From the NCBI GenBank assembly GCA_000708835.1, contig DF236982.1, positions 1-64,000 on the forward strand: a stretch of 64,000 bases of DNA. Reading direction: 5' to 3'. This document shows positions 24,780 to 37,100 of this stretch, piece by piece. The DNA is from Klebsormidium nitens. Lineage: Eukaryota > Plantae > Klebsormidiophyceae. A model generated the notes under the pieces. The model worked only from the letters and a program-made list of their open reading frames with translations. It was not told the DNA's origin and searched no databases. Made by a program: the position numbers and the translations under genes. Position 1 is the stretch's first letter. Each line of letters starts with the position of its first letter.

Positions 24780-27181
24780 ATGGCTGCCTCCATCAAACTG
24801 ATGGTAAGTTCTCTTCCTTGAGATGGTGTATGCAATATTCCCATGCTGGATTTGCGAACCCTCAGAGTAATTGCTGATGCTATTTACTTGTCTGTTCTAC
24901 TTGCTTTCTGAAACTCCTCATCGAACTGAGTAACTAGAATTTCATCAGATGGTTCCCCCTGCTTTGTCTATTGGGGCGCGTGGAGCTTCCTCTTAGTTTC
25001 CCTTTGAATCCAGCGCATCTCAGCCGTCTTGAGTGAGTCATCAAGATTCTTACGCTTCTTCGCGCTTCTTCACACCCAGTGTAACGCCATTATTAAAGCG
25101 GTCTCACATAGATTACCTTTCCATTATCTTTCCACGTCCATGAAAACCGTAGCCTAGCATGCAGAGCTACTGTAGAATCTCAGGCTCCCCGTTGTAAGAT
25201 TCAAAGGGTTTTCCCTGGACGTCTTCTTGAGTTTGCTTCCTGCATTCCTCGTTCATGATCTTTCCATGTCCAAGAAGACCCTATCCATGACCTAGGGTTT
25301 CAAGGTCCCCGTTGACTTGAAATTGAGCTTCCTGCACTGTCTTCTTGGAGTCTTAATTCTGTCTTCGTTGCCAAGAACCAGGCCTTCACCTTGTAAGCAC
25401 AAGCTGATGTCAGCTTAGTTGACCTTTCTTGGCTTTGACGTCACGTACAGGTGATGCTGACGCTGGCGTTCGCCCTTTTGGCGAGCGTGCACTCGGCTGG
25501 CAACATAAACCTGGAGTACAAACAGTTCGACTTCCAGCTGAGGGAGATCCAGACCCCTGAGACTTTCTTGTTGACAGGCACCACCTTTGGAAGCGAATTG
25601 GTGGTCAAGTGAGCAATCAACTGATTCAAAACCTAAACCCTAAGCAAGCCTGGTTAGGCATGCATGGTTTTGATGCCCTTACACTGGAGTAGACTGCTTG
25701 AGGCCTGGTTAAACACCCTTTACCAAGTTTGGTGGGGATCAAAAGCCCCCTGTGAGCGAAACCTTCCTCTGGCAAGTCGAGGCACTGTTCTAAGTCATGA
25801 ACAGCTTTCACGTCTGCCGTCGTGGCTGATGACGTATGCGAAGCTGGCACTCTAGAAACGAGAACTCCTGACGGCCGGACTTTCAAGCATGTTAAAGAGC
25901 CAGTACCAACCATGTTGTAGGAAAATGAATCAAGCCTCAATACTCTGGTGTGCCTATGAACAGTTAAAACTGTTCTCTCGCGCTGACTTCACGCTATGCG
26001 TCTGCTTGACTGAACTCTGGCTCACGTCAGCCTCGTACGTCATTCCTCCACTGCAGCAACGCCATTGTCGACTTCAACACGAACGAAAACCTTGGGGCGG
26101 CTCCAGGGCTTTTGCTTCGTGACAGCTGGCCTCACTGTGACGGGTCAGATCCAGTTTGAGTGCCTGGGCACATTCATCTTCAATGACGCGCACAACTCCA
26201 GCTTCTCCGTCACGGTACGTACCGCTTTCCAAAGGCCGCAACATTTCTGTGGCGGTTAGGTTTTAGGTACGACCTTGTACGTTCTTGAATTGCGAAGAAA
26301 CTCCAGCATTTTGTACGTACTCAAGAGTTCTCCAAGCGCGCACAACTCCAGGTTCTTTACGGTACGTACCCGGTTTCTGAAGCTGCATTTCTTCTCTGGC
26401 GGTCAACTTTCTCTGTTAACTTTAACTTCGACGCTCAAAAACAACGCCCCATGCTAAGTGGTTTGGGAAGACGTTTCGACTTGAACTCGTCTGCGTTGAA
26501 GAGAAATAGGTTTCCCCTGCAGCTGAAGAGCTCGAGGATCGTTGTCAACCCCCTTGGTTAACCCCGCTTTGAACAAAAGCTATTCGATTCCAAATAACTG
26601 TTCTGAACCCTAGAAATCAGATGTTCTTGAGCCAGAGAGTAATGGAACTCAAATGCAGCGTTCTGAGTTCGCCGTCGTTCCCCAGACTTAAATGTTGACG
26701 TCACTTGTTGACCGTTCACGGTTGATCGGTTTGGCCATCCGACTGAGAAAAGCCAATGTGCTCATATTCAGGTATATATATTAGATGTCTCCGACAATCT
26801 ACGAATCGTAAGCTTTAGTGTTAGCGATCTGATTCAGATTTACCTAACCCCAAGACCCTAACCCAAGACCCTGCTACCGAACCGGTGCCCACACTTACCT
26901 CCCAAAGTAACCGAACGCGTCCCAGGCTGGTATATATATATTTTTTTCTGAAGCTTCCTATTCCTGAATCGTCGTTTCTTTATGTCCAGGGCCCCGTCAA
27001 CCCGAATGTGCCACTAGACCTCGCCGTCGTTGGCGGCACCGGCCGCTTCTCGGGCGCGACTGGTGTCGCCATCCGCAGTGTCATTGTGGACAGCCCTACC
27101 AATGTGCCACCTTCGATCTTCGCCTTCAACGTCCGCTTTTTCGCGCTGGCCCGCTCGATCAAGTTGGCGGCGCTCGGTTAA
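24780..27181 (+). CDS. Secreted dirigent / allene-oxide-cyclase-barrel family protein (4 exons, apparent +1 frameshift in exon 3)
   Basis: Exons 24780-24803, 25451-25608, 26057-26214 and 26990-27181. Signal peptide MAASIKLMVMLTLAFALLASVHSA. Motifs LGRLQGFCFV and LAVVGGTGRFSGATG. The GGGG run at 26094-26097 has one G too many for the natural frame. Confidence 0.75.
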
Positions 27182-29054
27182 GTGCGCGTTTGTCGTCATA
27201 GACCAGGTTTGCAACATAGATTTGAACAAGAACTTACCGTCTGATAGGACCGTTGAATGGCTTTCTCCAGAACATCACGAACCTGCAAGTGTCCACGTAC
27301 TAGACATACTACGAGCTTGGAGGCAGGATACTCGTACTATGATAGCCCCTAAGATGCTTCGTACAGTGCTTCGTGATCCAATTGACATTAAGCTTCATCA
27401 GTAGCTGCAATAGGGTCCGCCCATCGAAATCTGAGCGAATACAACCGTCGGGAGACTATGATTTTAGTAGACTTCTTGCCACGCCAATTACCGTGTCGTG
27501 TCATGTCGATCTTGGTGTGAGTGGACCTACGTCAAATCGCACCCATGTAATCATCAATTAGACATCCTACATTGCTGGCATGCATGTACAGGTTTTGGGT
27601 AATTAATGAACTCTAGCTTGGCCGCGAGACGGGTGCATGAATTAATGTGCCGCCATTTGCAGTCAGGTCCCTTTCCACTCGAAGGCGAACCAGACTCACT
27701 CAGGAGTGCTAATCACTCGATCGAAAGCTTTTGCGGAGGCGAGACGGTGCCCGGGCGAAAATGGGAAAGTGGGATGCAGTGCCAAACGCGAAAACTGTGG
27801 ACTCGGATCTCGCGGGTATGGGGCCGGCAAACGAAGATCCGAAGAGCAGAGTAGTGTTATCCTAGTATCGATCTAGATAATCATAATTAAACTGGAATGT
27901 CGGTTCTTTTGCACGGCGGCGGCCTACAAAGTATGCTTTTAGATTGACTTGAAACTGTTTTGGGCGGCGCGAGGTTGACGCCGAAGTTGCATGGTCATTA
28001 AGGGTCACTGCTAGCTCCAGCTAATCGAGCCATCTCGAAATCTTGATTGTGAACCATTCAGATCTCAGACGGTTGATCTGGCACTGGCACGGGGGCACGC
28101 GCTGGTATGTTTTTCTAATATAACAGACTCTAGCTAGGTCCGCGACTCCATGAAACCCGGATGGGCACTTGAGGCTCCCACACCGACCTTTTCTCGAGCT
28201 ATAAAGATCGACGGCGCCATGCAGCCATTGAATAAGTTGCCGGGCCATGGCGGTTGCTCGCGCTATGTCATGTACAGAGAGCCGCGTACGGATCACTACC
28301 ATACACAATTTAACATGACTCTCAGCTGATCCAACTTTTAGCTCCTGATGATCATGCATCGTTTAGAAACCTAGCGCTTTTGAGTCCGCTTCAATGCGGA
28401 GGTCAAACTAATCCTGATTGTATGCGTGAATGTTGATACGTCAACGGTGTGAAATCCGCACGTGCCGGAAGCTTGTCAGATCAAAACTACTGCATACGCA
28501 TACTCCGATGATTGATGCGCATCGGATTGCATTCGAGGGCGTCTCTTGTTACACTAACTGTACTCATCAAACGCTCGAGTTAAGGCACCGGGTGCCTTTC
28601 GCCCAATCTGCTGCGTCTGGCGGCCTTGCTTTGAACGTAGCGTTCACGCTTTCCCCTGCTGCTTGCTTAGCAACTCAGAAAGGCAGCTGTTTCAGGAGAA
28701 AAGTTATCAACATGATCTTATGGACCTTACATCTGCGTCCCTCGACTGTGGTGCATTGCTGGACTCTTGCACCTTGAATGAATGCTTGTGAATACAAGTC
28801 GCAACGTAAAATCTGTCAGAACGGCGGCTGACGCCCGCTTCGGACCTGCAAAATAACGGGACATATCTCAAGTCTGGGGTTGGCTCGGTCAGTCCAGCAA
28901 CTGCATGAAGCGATCTGCGGAGGGTCTGGAATAGTAATTCAGGTCAAAGGGGACATTCTTATCGGCGAACAATGCAGGAGAGCGGAGTTCAAAAGACAAC
29001 CTTGAGTTCGACGACGGGGTTAGTACACCCACAACAAACGGAGCGAAGTACATT

Positions 29055-29145
29055 CGGATGGCATTCAAGGGTCCCTTCAATTGTGTTCAAACTACGACGA
29101 TGGCATTTAAGGGTCCCTTCAATCGTGTTCAAACTACGACGACAA
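29055..29145. repeat. About 42-bp tandem repeat x2
   Basis: gatggcatt(c/t)aagggtcccttcaat(t/c)gtgttcaaactacgac occurs twice. Confidence 0.8.
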
Positions 29146-29559
29146 AGGCAGCAGCGACTCTAGTGAGAAGCGTAGGCCCCGTGACATTTGGTACAAACGC
29201 GAAAGTTCGACTTGTGTAAGCAAACTCGACAACACGCCATCATCGGGAGGAGGGGAACAAAATTACTGGCACGTTTAAAGTGCATGAATCGTGGCAAGTC
29301 ACCAGGAAAGCGGAGGAGCGCCTCCTAAAGTTTGTGTCTATTGTGGCTGGCAGCCGTTTTAGCATAGCCCAGAACCTTTTACCGTTCAAGTTCTATTTTT
29401 CAGAGCCGAATGATAACAAGCAACTCAAGGTTGAGGCTCTTGAGCCGAGCGTCGACTGGAAACGACGACAAGCGCAAGCTTTGGTGACGTCACGCAGCCT
29501 CATAAGCCTGACGTGTTCTTGTCTTTTCCTCGCCCCCACTTCGGCACTCACCAGCAGAG

Positions 29560-32500
29560 TCACGTGCCCCGTATCCGCCCGTCCATCTCCTCTCGGTCCG
29601 CCAGCTCGCTGCTTATGGCCGTGTGCAGGGCGCTTATGAAGCTCCGACACGTGCAGTGCCCCCCGCCGACGTGCGCCGCGTGCGCCAGGAAGGGGAGCTT
29701 TCGCAGGGCCCGCCCGCTGAGGCCCTTTACAGAGGAGGATTGATTGTTTGTGCGCCAAACAAGCGGAGCAAAAGTGCTTGCGGTGACTACACAGGGCCCA
29801 ACAGTTGGCGCCGCGTGCGCTAGAAAGGGGAGCTTTCGAAGGGCCCACCCGCTAAGGCCCTGTCCGGGGGAAAATCATATGATTGTTTACCCCTTGATAG
29901 CGCAGAAGGATGTGCTTGCGTGTTCTATGCGAGGCCTCACAGTCTAGGCCCTCTGTCGAATTTCAAGGGGCCCGAACTCCGAGGACATCTGTACTGTGGG
30001 CAAATCAAAGAGAAGAAAGGTCGCAAGCGAAGGAGACCTGGCAGGGGTGAGACAAACCGTACCTCGCAGGCCCGTGACGTTTCGAGCAGCGCTTCGCTGG
30101 CTTCTCGCGCCTCCGTGGAAGGGCCCCCAGGGTCTGAGCTAAAAGCCGAGGCCGACCGGTGTGAATAAGGGGCGGGGAGGAACGCCTCCGCCTTTCCCTG
30201 CGGTGCAAGTGAAAGGGAAGCCTTAGGCCTTGCAAATCTCACGACCGGTCGCTTCAAAGGGAGTCGCTGCTGTCGCACACGCCGACTCTAGTCGGTGATT
30301 TCGAAGAGTGGGTCAGCTGATGATCAGAGGTGGATTCGCAGGCGACAGAATCGTGCAAGCAATAGATCGACCATCTTCTTGGGTAGGTGCTCTTCTGAGG
30401 AAAATTCCGGGATAGACAATGAAGGGTCCGTTGGATGAGTCCTCTCATTCAGACACAGAGGCCAAAAGCCAAACTTCAGAAGTGACATCCATCAGTTCCA
30501 TTACGGTTCGTTGGCACGGAGGCTGGCTGGTCATTCGATTCAGCTCAAACAGTCCGTCTCTGGCAGGGTGTCGACGACATTTTTTGCAAGGCGCTCGAAC
30601 AAAACCGGTGCATGGTGCAGAACCGTCTGCCAGTAATTCCTGGTGAATTCTGCGAAGTGAAAGGCTGTAAAATGCTCAAAGCTAGGGTCCTTGGCGCACC
30701 TCGGGCAGCGCGATGATCTTGGCACGTGCCAGCTCGTAGACCGCTGACCGGAGGATCTCGTACCGGGCTTGGAGAGAGGGGAGGCCGATATACGCCTTGA
30801 TGTCCGCCCGGTCAACGAAGGCGACGTCTGCGGAAAGCGGATCATTTTCTGATTCTCGAGGGGCAATGCATTTTCAGGTACTGAAGTTAGGGCGAGGCGA
30901 CGTCTGAAGGAAGCGTGGACTTCAGAAACCGATCGTACATCTCACACTTCTGCGGTGCAGTACTTCGGATGTCAGATTCGGGGCTTCGAACATCTGAGGT
31001 GGACTGTGCCTTGTCGACGAACGCGACCTCAATGGAAAAAGGAAGCCTTTTCAACCAAGCGGAGCTCTCTCTTGCAAAGCTGACTTTGCTGCGATTTGAG
31101 ACCAGAAAGAGCCCATTTGCTGTGAATAACGGGCACTTACAGCACGTATGATTGCACATGCGGGGTGACGCAACGACCATTGAACAGAGCCAAGATCCAC
31201 AAGCTCCGACGTCCGCTTCTTACTACCGAAACACCCGGCCTGCTCTTACGTTCAAGAGACAGCCACAGACATCTTTCAAGCCGGATTTCGGGTAAACAAG
31301 AACGAGGCGGGAACGCTTTTAAATCGCGCCACTGCGCAATTTCCTCTGTAGAACCATGTATTGCTGTAACTATAGAGGGGACCAGAAGAGAGACCAGACA
31401 GTAACCAAGCAAATAAATAAAAAGAGGAAGGGTTACCTATAGCGGCTGTGATATTCGAGGTGGTCAGGATCACGACGTTCGGCCGCGTCTTGAGGGCATC
31501 GATTTGCGTGAGCAACGCGTTGACTACCTGAAGAGTAGAGGCGTTCTTCAAGAGTTGGGGTCAGCATTCGACTACAAAGATCTAATACCAGGATTGTCAT
31601 GGCACGACGGAGCCGGCGAAAATGAGCAGCTCCATTCCTATCCTGGTTAATCGCCACATGATTGGAGCGCAGCTCCAATTTAGTTTTGCTCGTTCTTACT
31701 GAAATGCCTGGCGCGTCTTCAGAGCAGTTTGCAGATTGGATTGCGGGAATCCTCTTGACGCTTCGCAGTTGAGTGACCTATGCCGTTTTGAGAGTTGCCG
31801 CTCATCCGACTCCTACCAGGATTCAGATCGACATTGTTCGCTTTGAAGTTTAGATACTCGAAGCTTCCCTTTGCAAAGGAAAGCGCCCTGATCTGTCTTT
31901 CTTTACTCGAGGACATAACGAACAACTCACCCGTATTGAGTCTGAAGGCTCCGAACCCGAGAGCGCTGCTTGCCGGGCGGCTGTTAGACTTTCCACCTCA
32001 TCTGCAGCGCAAAAGACACGCCTCTTCATCCAAAGCTGATTCTTGATCCTGCTTCCCCTATTCCCGTTCTTCACCCTCTTCCTCTAGATTCAAAGACGGT
32101 TTGGGATCCGCCGTAACAAGGAACAGGACAAGTCACTCTACAAGTCACTGACGGAGCTTTCTCTTTACCCGAAGTACCGGCAACGGGTCGGCATATCGTT
32201 ACAGCTTTCAAGCTTCTGCGGCGGCCCTTTGCTCAAATTTTCGCCCGATAGCTGACATACTTCCAACTCGATTTGTAGACGCCCCGCGCTTGGTCGTCTG
32301 TAAACGCAATTTGCCTGAACGCTTTTCTATTCCATGTAGGACATGCACCGACAGTGTTCGGCACGAGATGAAACGCCGTTGAGACGCGTGATCGACTGTC
32401 GCCCTCACACCTCAAATTAAAGCCTCAATCTACATAAACCAAGACCTGCCCACCAGTGAGGGATCGTACCAAGTCAGGTCCATTGAGTGCTAAACTCTGA

Positions 32501-35500
32501 CGTCCCTCGTCCGCATGCGCTGACATTTAACAGAGCTCGGAAAGACTCGGTAAACCAAAACCCGCACACCGACGACAGTTTATGTTAAGGTAGGCCCCTG
32601 TATCCGACGCCCTCCATACATAGGCCCCAACATTGGAACCGCAAACCAGAATCAGACCTGCCCACCGTTGAGAAGAAGGCTGCCCTCCTTTCAAACTCCC
32701 GCATAAGCTTTAGGGATTCAAGATCCGCTCACCAATGAGCACGAAGACGAGGCTCCCCTCTTCCTCGACGAGCTCCTGGATCTTCTGGAAGAGCTTGGTC
32801 ACCAGCTTGCCGCTCTCCGAGAACCACTTGCTGAACAGGCTGTGCGCGTTCACCTCCACCAGCTGCGCCTGCGGGTACCTGGCGCGGGGCGTGACGTCAG
32901 CGGCAGGACTACGTCACCAGAGCACTCCTGTGCTCAAGCATGGCCGCGTATCACCTATACTAGCTGCGCCTGCGGGTACCTGGCGCGGGGCGTGACGTCA
33001 GCGAATGTCGGGACTACGTCACCGGAGCGTTCCTGAGCTCGGGGCTTGGTTCGACCCAAAGGCTGACGTCACATCTCCATAGTTGACAAAGTGGAACGTG
33101 TTCGAGGGTTTCAACACGATGGAGCCGAGGAGGTAACGCGAAAGAACCTGGAACCTAAGAGCATGCCGCTCAACATGAAAGGCAGCCAAAGTAGGGATGT
33201 AGTTGTGATGTGTTCAGAATGAAAAGCTCTTGAGAAGGCCGAAATGTCCGGCAGAATCTTGTGCAATTGGTCGACTGAGAGGATCTGATTTGTAGAGAAA
33301 CATGGATGCGACATACAAGAAGGACAAGCATTGTCACGGTGGCTGTTGCTATGGGCAAAATATACGGAAAACGAATCTTCGCTCACCTGTCACGAAAGCG
33401 GATTGACAGCTTCTGCGCGAGGCCCTTACAAAGCGACGTCTTGCCCGTCCCGGGAGGACCGTGCAGAAGTACTACCCTGGGGCAGGGAAGATGACGTCAG
33501 CGACTCAAGGAAATTGAGAGTATTTGCTTGGACCATCAGCTTTCCTTCCCACACCTTCGAGATCCGAATCTGCACTTTGGACAATGATGCGGCAAACTCT
33601 TTCTGTCGCGCCTCCACGGAAACGTCCAACCTTCCAAACCAATCGGATCAACAACGGCGAATTCTAATTCCTGAAAATTTTCATTTTTGCAGCCTGCAGA
33701 GAGTCCCCAACTCGAACGTCCGACGATCTTCAGAAGGCTGCTTCCTCCCTCGGAGCTGTCAGATACGCAGCCGATTGTAATCTCTTTCCATTCGGAAATG
33801 GATAGCCACTTCCAGCCCGCTCACCTGTTCCAGGAGACGAGCTGCGGGTCGACCCCCCGGTCGGAGAAGAGCAGCGCGCTAGCGGCATACCGGAGCAACC
33901 GCTGCTTGACCCCAGTGTCGAAGATAAGGCTCTCCCACAGGCCGTGGAAGTCGCGCGCCGGGAGCTGCCACTCGTGGAACGTCGCAATGTCCTCGTCGCC
34001 CTCCAGCTCCTCGGCCGGGCCGTCTTCGCTGAGCTGCGGGTTTGGGTTAAAAGTGGCTTGAGCAGGGTTTAGGCGCTAATTAAAATTGCGGAATACGAGG
34101 GTTGAAGGAAGCCCTAGGGTGATTAACCTCAATAACAATTTTTGGGGCGATTCGTAGGCTACTCGTGGACGTCACAATGTCTTCGTCGCCCTCCAGCTCC
34201 TTGGCCGGGCCGTCTTTGTTCAACTATTGATTTGGGTGAAAGGTGGGTTAAGCGGGGTTCAGGCACTGGTTAAAATGCGGAATACGAGGGTTGAAGGAAG
34301 CCCTTGGCTACTTCAACGACAATGTGAATTTTCAGGGCGACTCCTAGGAGACTCGTGGAATGTCTTCGTCGCCCTCCAGCTCCTCGGCCGGGTCGTCTTC
34401 GCTGAGCTGCGGGTTCGGTCAAAGGTGGGTTAGGCCAAATCAAGAATGGCTTGTAATCAGTAGGGTCGACAAGGCAACAAGTGAAATGCGGCACAGTCTT
34501 CGTCATTCTCCAGCCCCTTTGCCGGATCACTCTCGCTGAGCTGTGGACATCGATTAAGCACGAATAGGATGGTCAAAATGGCCTTTGGCTGCTTCACCGA
34601 AGAAACGAAACGACACTTGTCAAGGCAACAGGAGAGACTTCAGATGTCTTCATCGCCCTCCATCTCCTCTGCTGGGCTGTCCCCTCGCTTCGGTGCTGGT
34701 TTGGTTAAAGTTAGATAGGCCGACTTAAGGGGAGGGAGCTCAGTAATGACCATATCTGGTCCTCTTTGGTCCACGAGCAGAATGTTTAATGTCCTTTTTG
34801 TCGTCCACCTCCTCTGTGGGACCGTTCTTGCTGTGCGTTGAATCGGGTTGTTAAGGCTGGGTTAAGCACAATCCATGAGGGTTTGAGGTGAAGGCCAGAA
34901 GCAGGTAGAGATACAAGTGAGCTCAATGAGACCCATGCAATTTTTGAATATCGGCTTTTACATCTCGTTCTCTAGCTTTCCGCTGCCCTTGCTCCTTCGG
35001 ATTCTAGTAACTTTCCATGAAAAGAAAGGTTTGAATTGACCGACGAAGGCTGAGAAAGGGCTGAGAAACAGTCGGCACCGCTCGTTTTGTTGTAGAAACA
35101 AGAAACGTGATAGGTTTCTTCTGTGCTCTGCGAGCTCAATTTTGCCCAGCTTCAATCAGATTGAATGTGGTCTGGCCTTCTTAAATGACCTTTCAAAATG
35201 AATAAAAAGAGAGGGTCTAGGAGATTCTCTAAATGATTCCCATGTGCATGACCAAAAGATCAGAACAGCAGCTCGACATGGGTGGGATTGCATGGTCTCA
35301 GCGAAGCACCTGACTGTGCGTAAGTCAGAGACTGAGTTGCTTAAAAGCTAGGCCATGCATCGATAACCCTCAAAAATCAAGACATCTGCGATGATTAGGT
35401 TGCACGCTAGAAGGGGCCTCCTCACCTGATACACATGAATCTGAAGCGCCACCTGCCAGAAGAGAAGCACCCGCTGGTCGTCCCCTCTTCGATCTGCACA

Positions 35501-36724
35501 ATCACTTTCTCACGTCAAATGTATAATGGCACCACATGAGATCCAACTCATCTCTCCTGGTGCTGCGTCATCCGGACTCTGGTTGGCCTCTACTATTGAA
35601 AGTAAAGCCTCCATTGACAACTTATGTTACTCGTCGTAAACAAGCTGCCCGCTATCATGAAGTGGCCAGATTCTGTCCACCTGTAGACTGATTGGAAGTA
35701 ACAATGAAACAAATGCTACTGCAGAGAAGGAACTTTTTACTAAAGCTGTGCTCTATTGGCTATACCTGTGTCGCATATGCTGATGCTCTGGACATGCGCG
35801 TCGATGAAAGGGTCCTCTCCAGGAGTGTAGGGTATTGGCCCGTCAACATAGGACAGGCTTCGCTTGTTCAGCATCCTGTAATGAAATTGAAAACAACTTC
35901 CATTGCCAACATGCTGCTGTCACAATGCTGGTAATCAAGGCAAAAGGGACTGCTAGCCTCGTTGAAGTTCTCGAAAGCAGGATAATTTTTGGCAATGCTT
36001 GCTGGGTAAGCTCAAAGCTATTGAGCTTGACCATTAAGTACATGCCCTTGTCAGCGCTCACATCAGCAAAACATGATCCAGGCCTCGCACCACCTTGACA
36101 GCCAGGATCAGAAAGTCACAGAAGGATGTAGTTTCTTCAGAATGATGTCACTGTGCTGACCTCTCAACTGCGCGTTTGACTTCGTCCAAAGAGGCGGTGC
36201 TTGTCGGCTTCAAACAGACCTCAACTGCAAGACAGACAGAGACATACAGGAGCTGTCACAGGGTAACCAGGGCAGGACATGTGGAAGTGCGGAAAAATCG
36301 TCGGATGATCAAGGAAACGTAGAATGTTTTGGGCTTCATCTTATGTTTCAAGCGGTTATGTCAATCTCAGTTGAGACGACAACTCATTTCTGCACTTCAA
36401 GATACAACAAGACGCAAGATCCTGATACAGAGGTTGATTGTGGCTGTCCTGGAGTTTTTGAGGATCAAAAACAGAAATGGTTTGCAACACTTCTTTAAAT
36501 CAGCACTGTTTCTTAGATGTTGTAAGTGCTTGCCAATGTACACTCCTGAGCATACTCCAAAACCTTCCTTTGTGAGAGGAATGCCAGTAGGGAGCTAAGG
36601 ACTCACCGAAAATAGGCACTTTCTCTGGAGTGCTGAAAGGAGATGGGGTCGTGCTTGCAGTGGTGGCAGTCGCTGTGTCCATCGCTACAGTCTGTCCTTC
36701 TGTTGTGGCCCCATCAGTCTCCAT
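29560..36724 (-). CDS. PCH2: Pachytene checkpoint protein 2 / TRIP13 AAA+ ATPase, 12 exons
   Basis: Exons 36724-36607, 36224-36161, 35876-35766, 35493-35426, 34033-33825, 33476-33387, 32878-32733, 32001-31931, 31527-31437, 30827-30700, 30197-30063 and 29724-29560, all phase-consistent. Walker [33 protein letters not shown], Walker [36 protein letters not shown]. Confidence 0.95.
34160..34860 (-). repeat. Ladder of five degenerate copies of the acceptor and first ~60 nt of PCH2 exon 34033-33825
   Basis: Variants of atgtcctcgtcgccctccagctcctcggccgggccgtcttcgctgagctgcggg at about 34161, 34350, 34490, 34640 and 34785. Confidence 0.88.
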
Positions 36725-37100
36725 TTTGTGTCAGATCTTGGTCAAATCCCAATTCAGCTGGTGGTTTACCTTTCTCAATTGGTGGTGCGCTCGAAGTACT
36801 CTCTCTGCAAGGGACTCATTTATGTACTCACATTGCAGGTAGGTGATTGCTACAGTTTTCAAAGAGTTTTCACTTCCAAACATATGACGGAAACTTTCTC
36901 TCCTGCAGAACTGAGGCAATATAGGTACGGGCTAGGTACATGAGACCCGTAGAGTCCTGAATGCTCTCCAAGCTGTCAGCTGTTACTCATTTCAATCTTC
37001 TCAGCTTACTGCCCCCGCATTTTTACCCGGAGAGCTCTGCTGGCGATCGCAAGCACATGCCTTCCAGCATTTCAAGTCAATGAAGTAGGTAGCTGATGTA

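Noticed and set aside
26840-26875. CCCTAA-like telomeric motifs
   Set aside because: Only two imperfect units inside an intron; not an array.
24780-27181. Calling the gene allene oxide cyclase (jasmonate pathway)
   Set aside because: The N-terminus is a secretory signal rather than a plastid transit peptide, and AOC-specific residues cannot be confirmed by eye.
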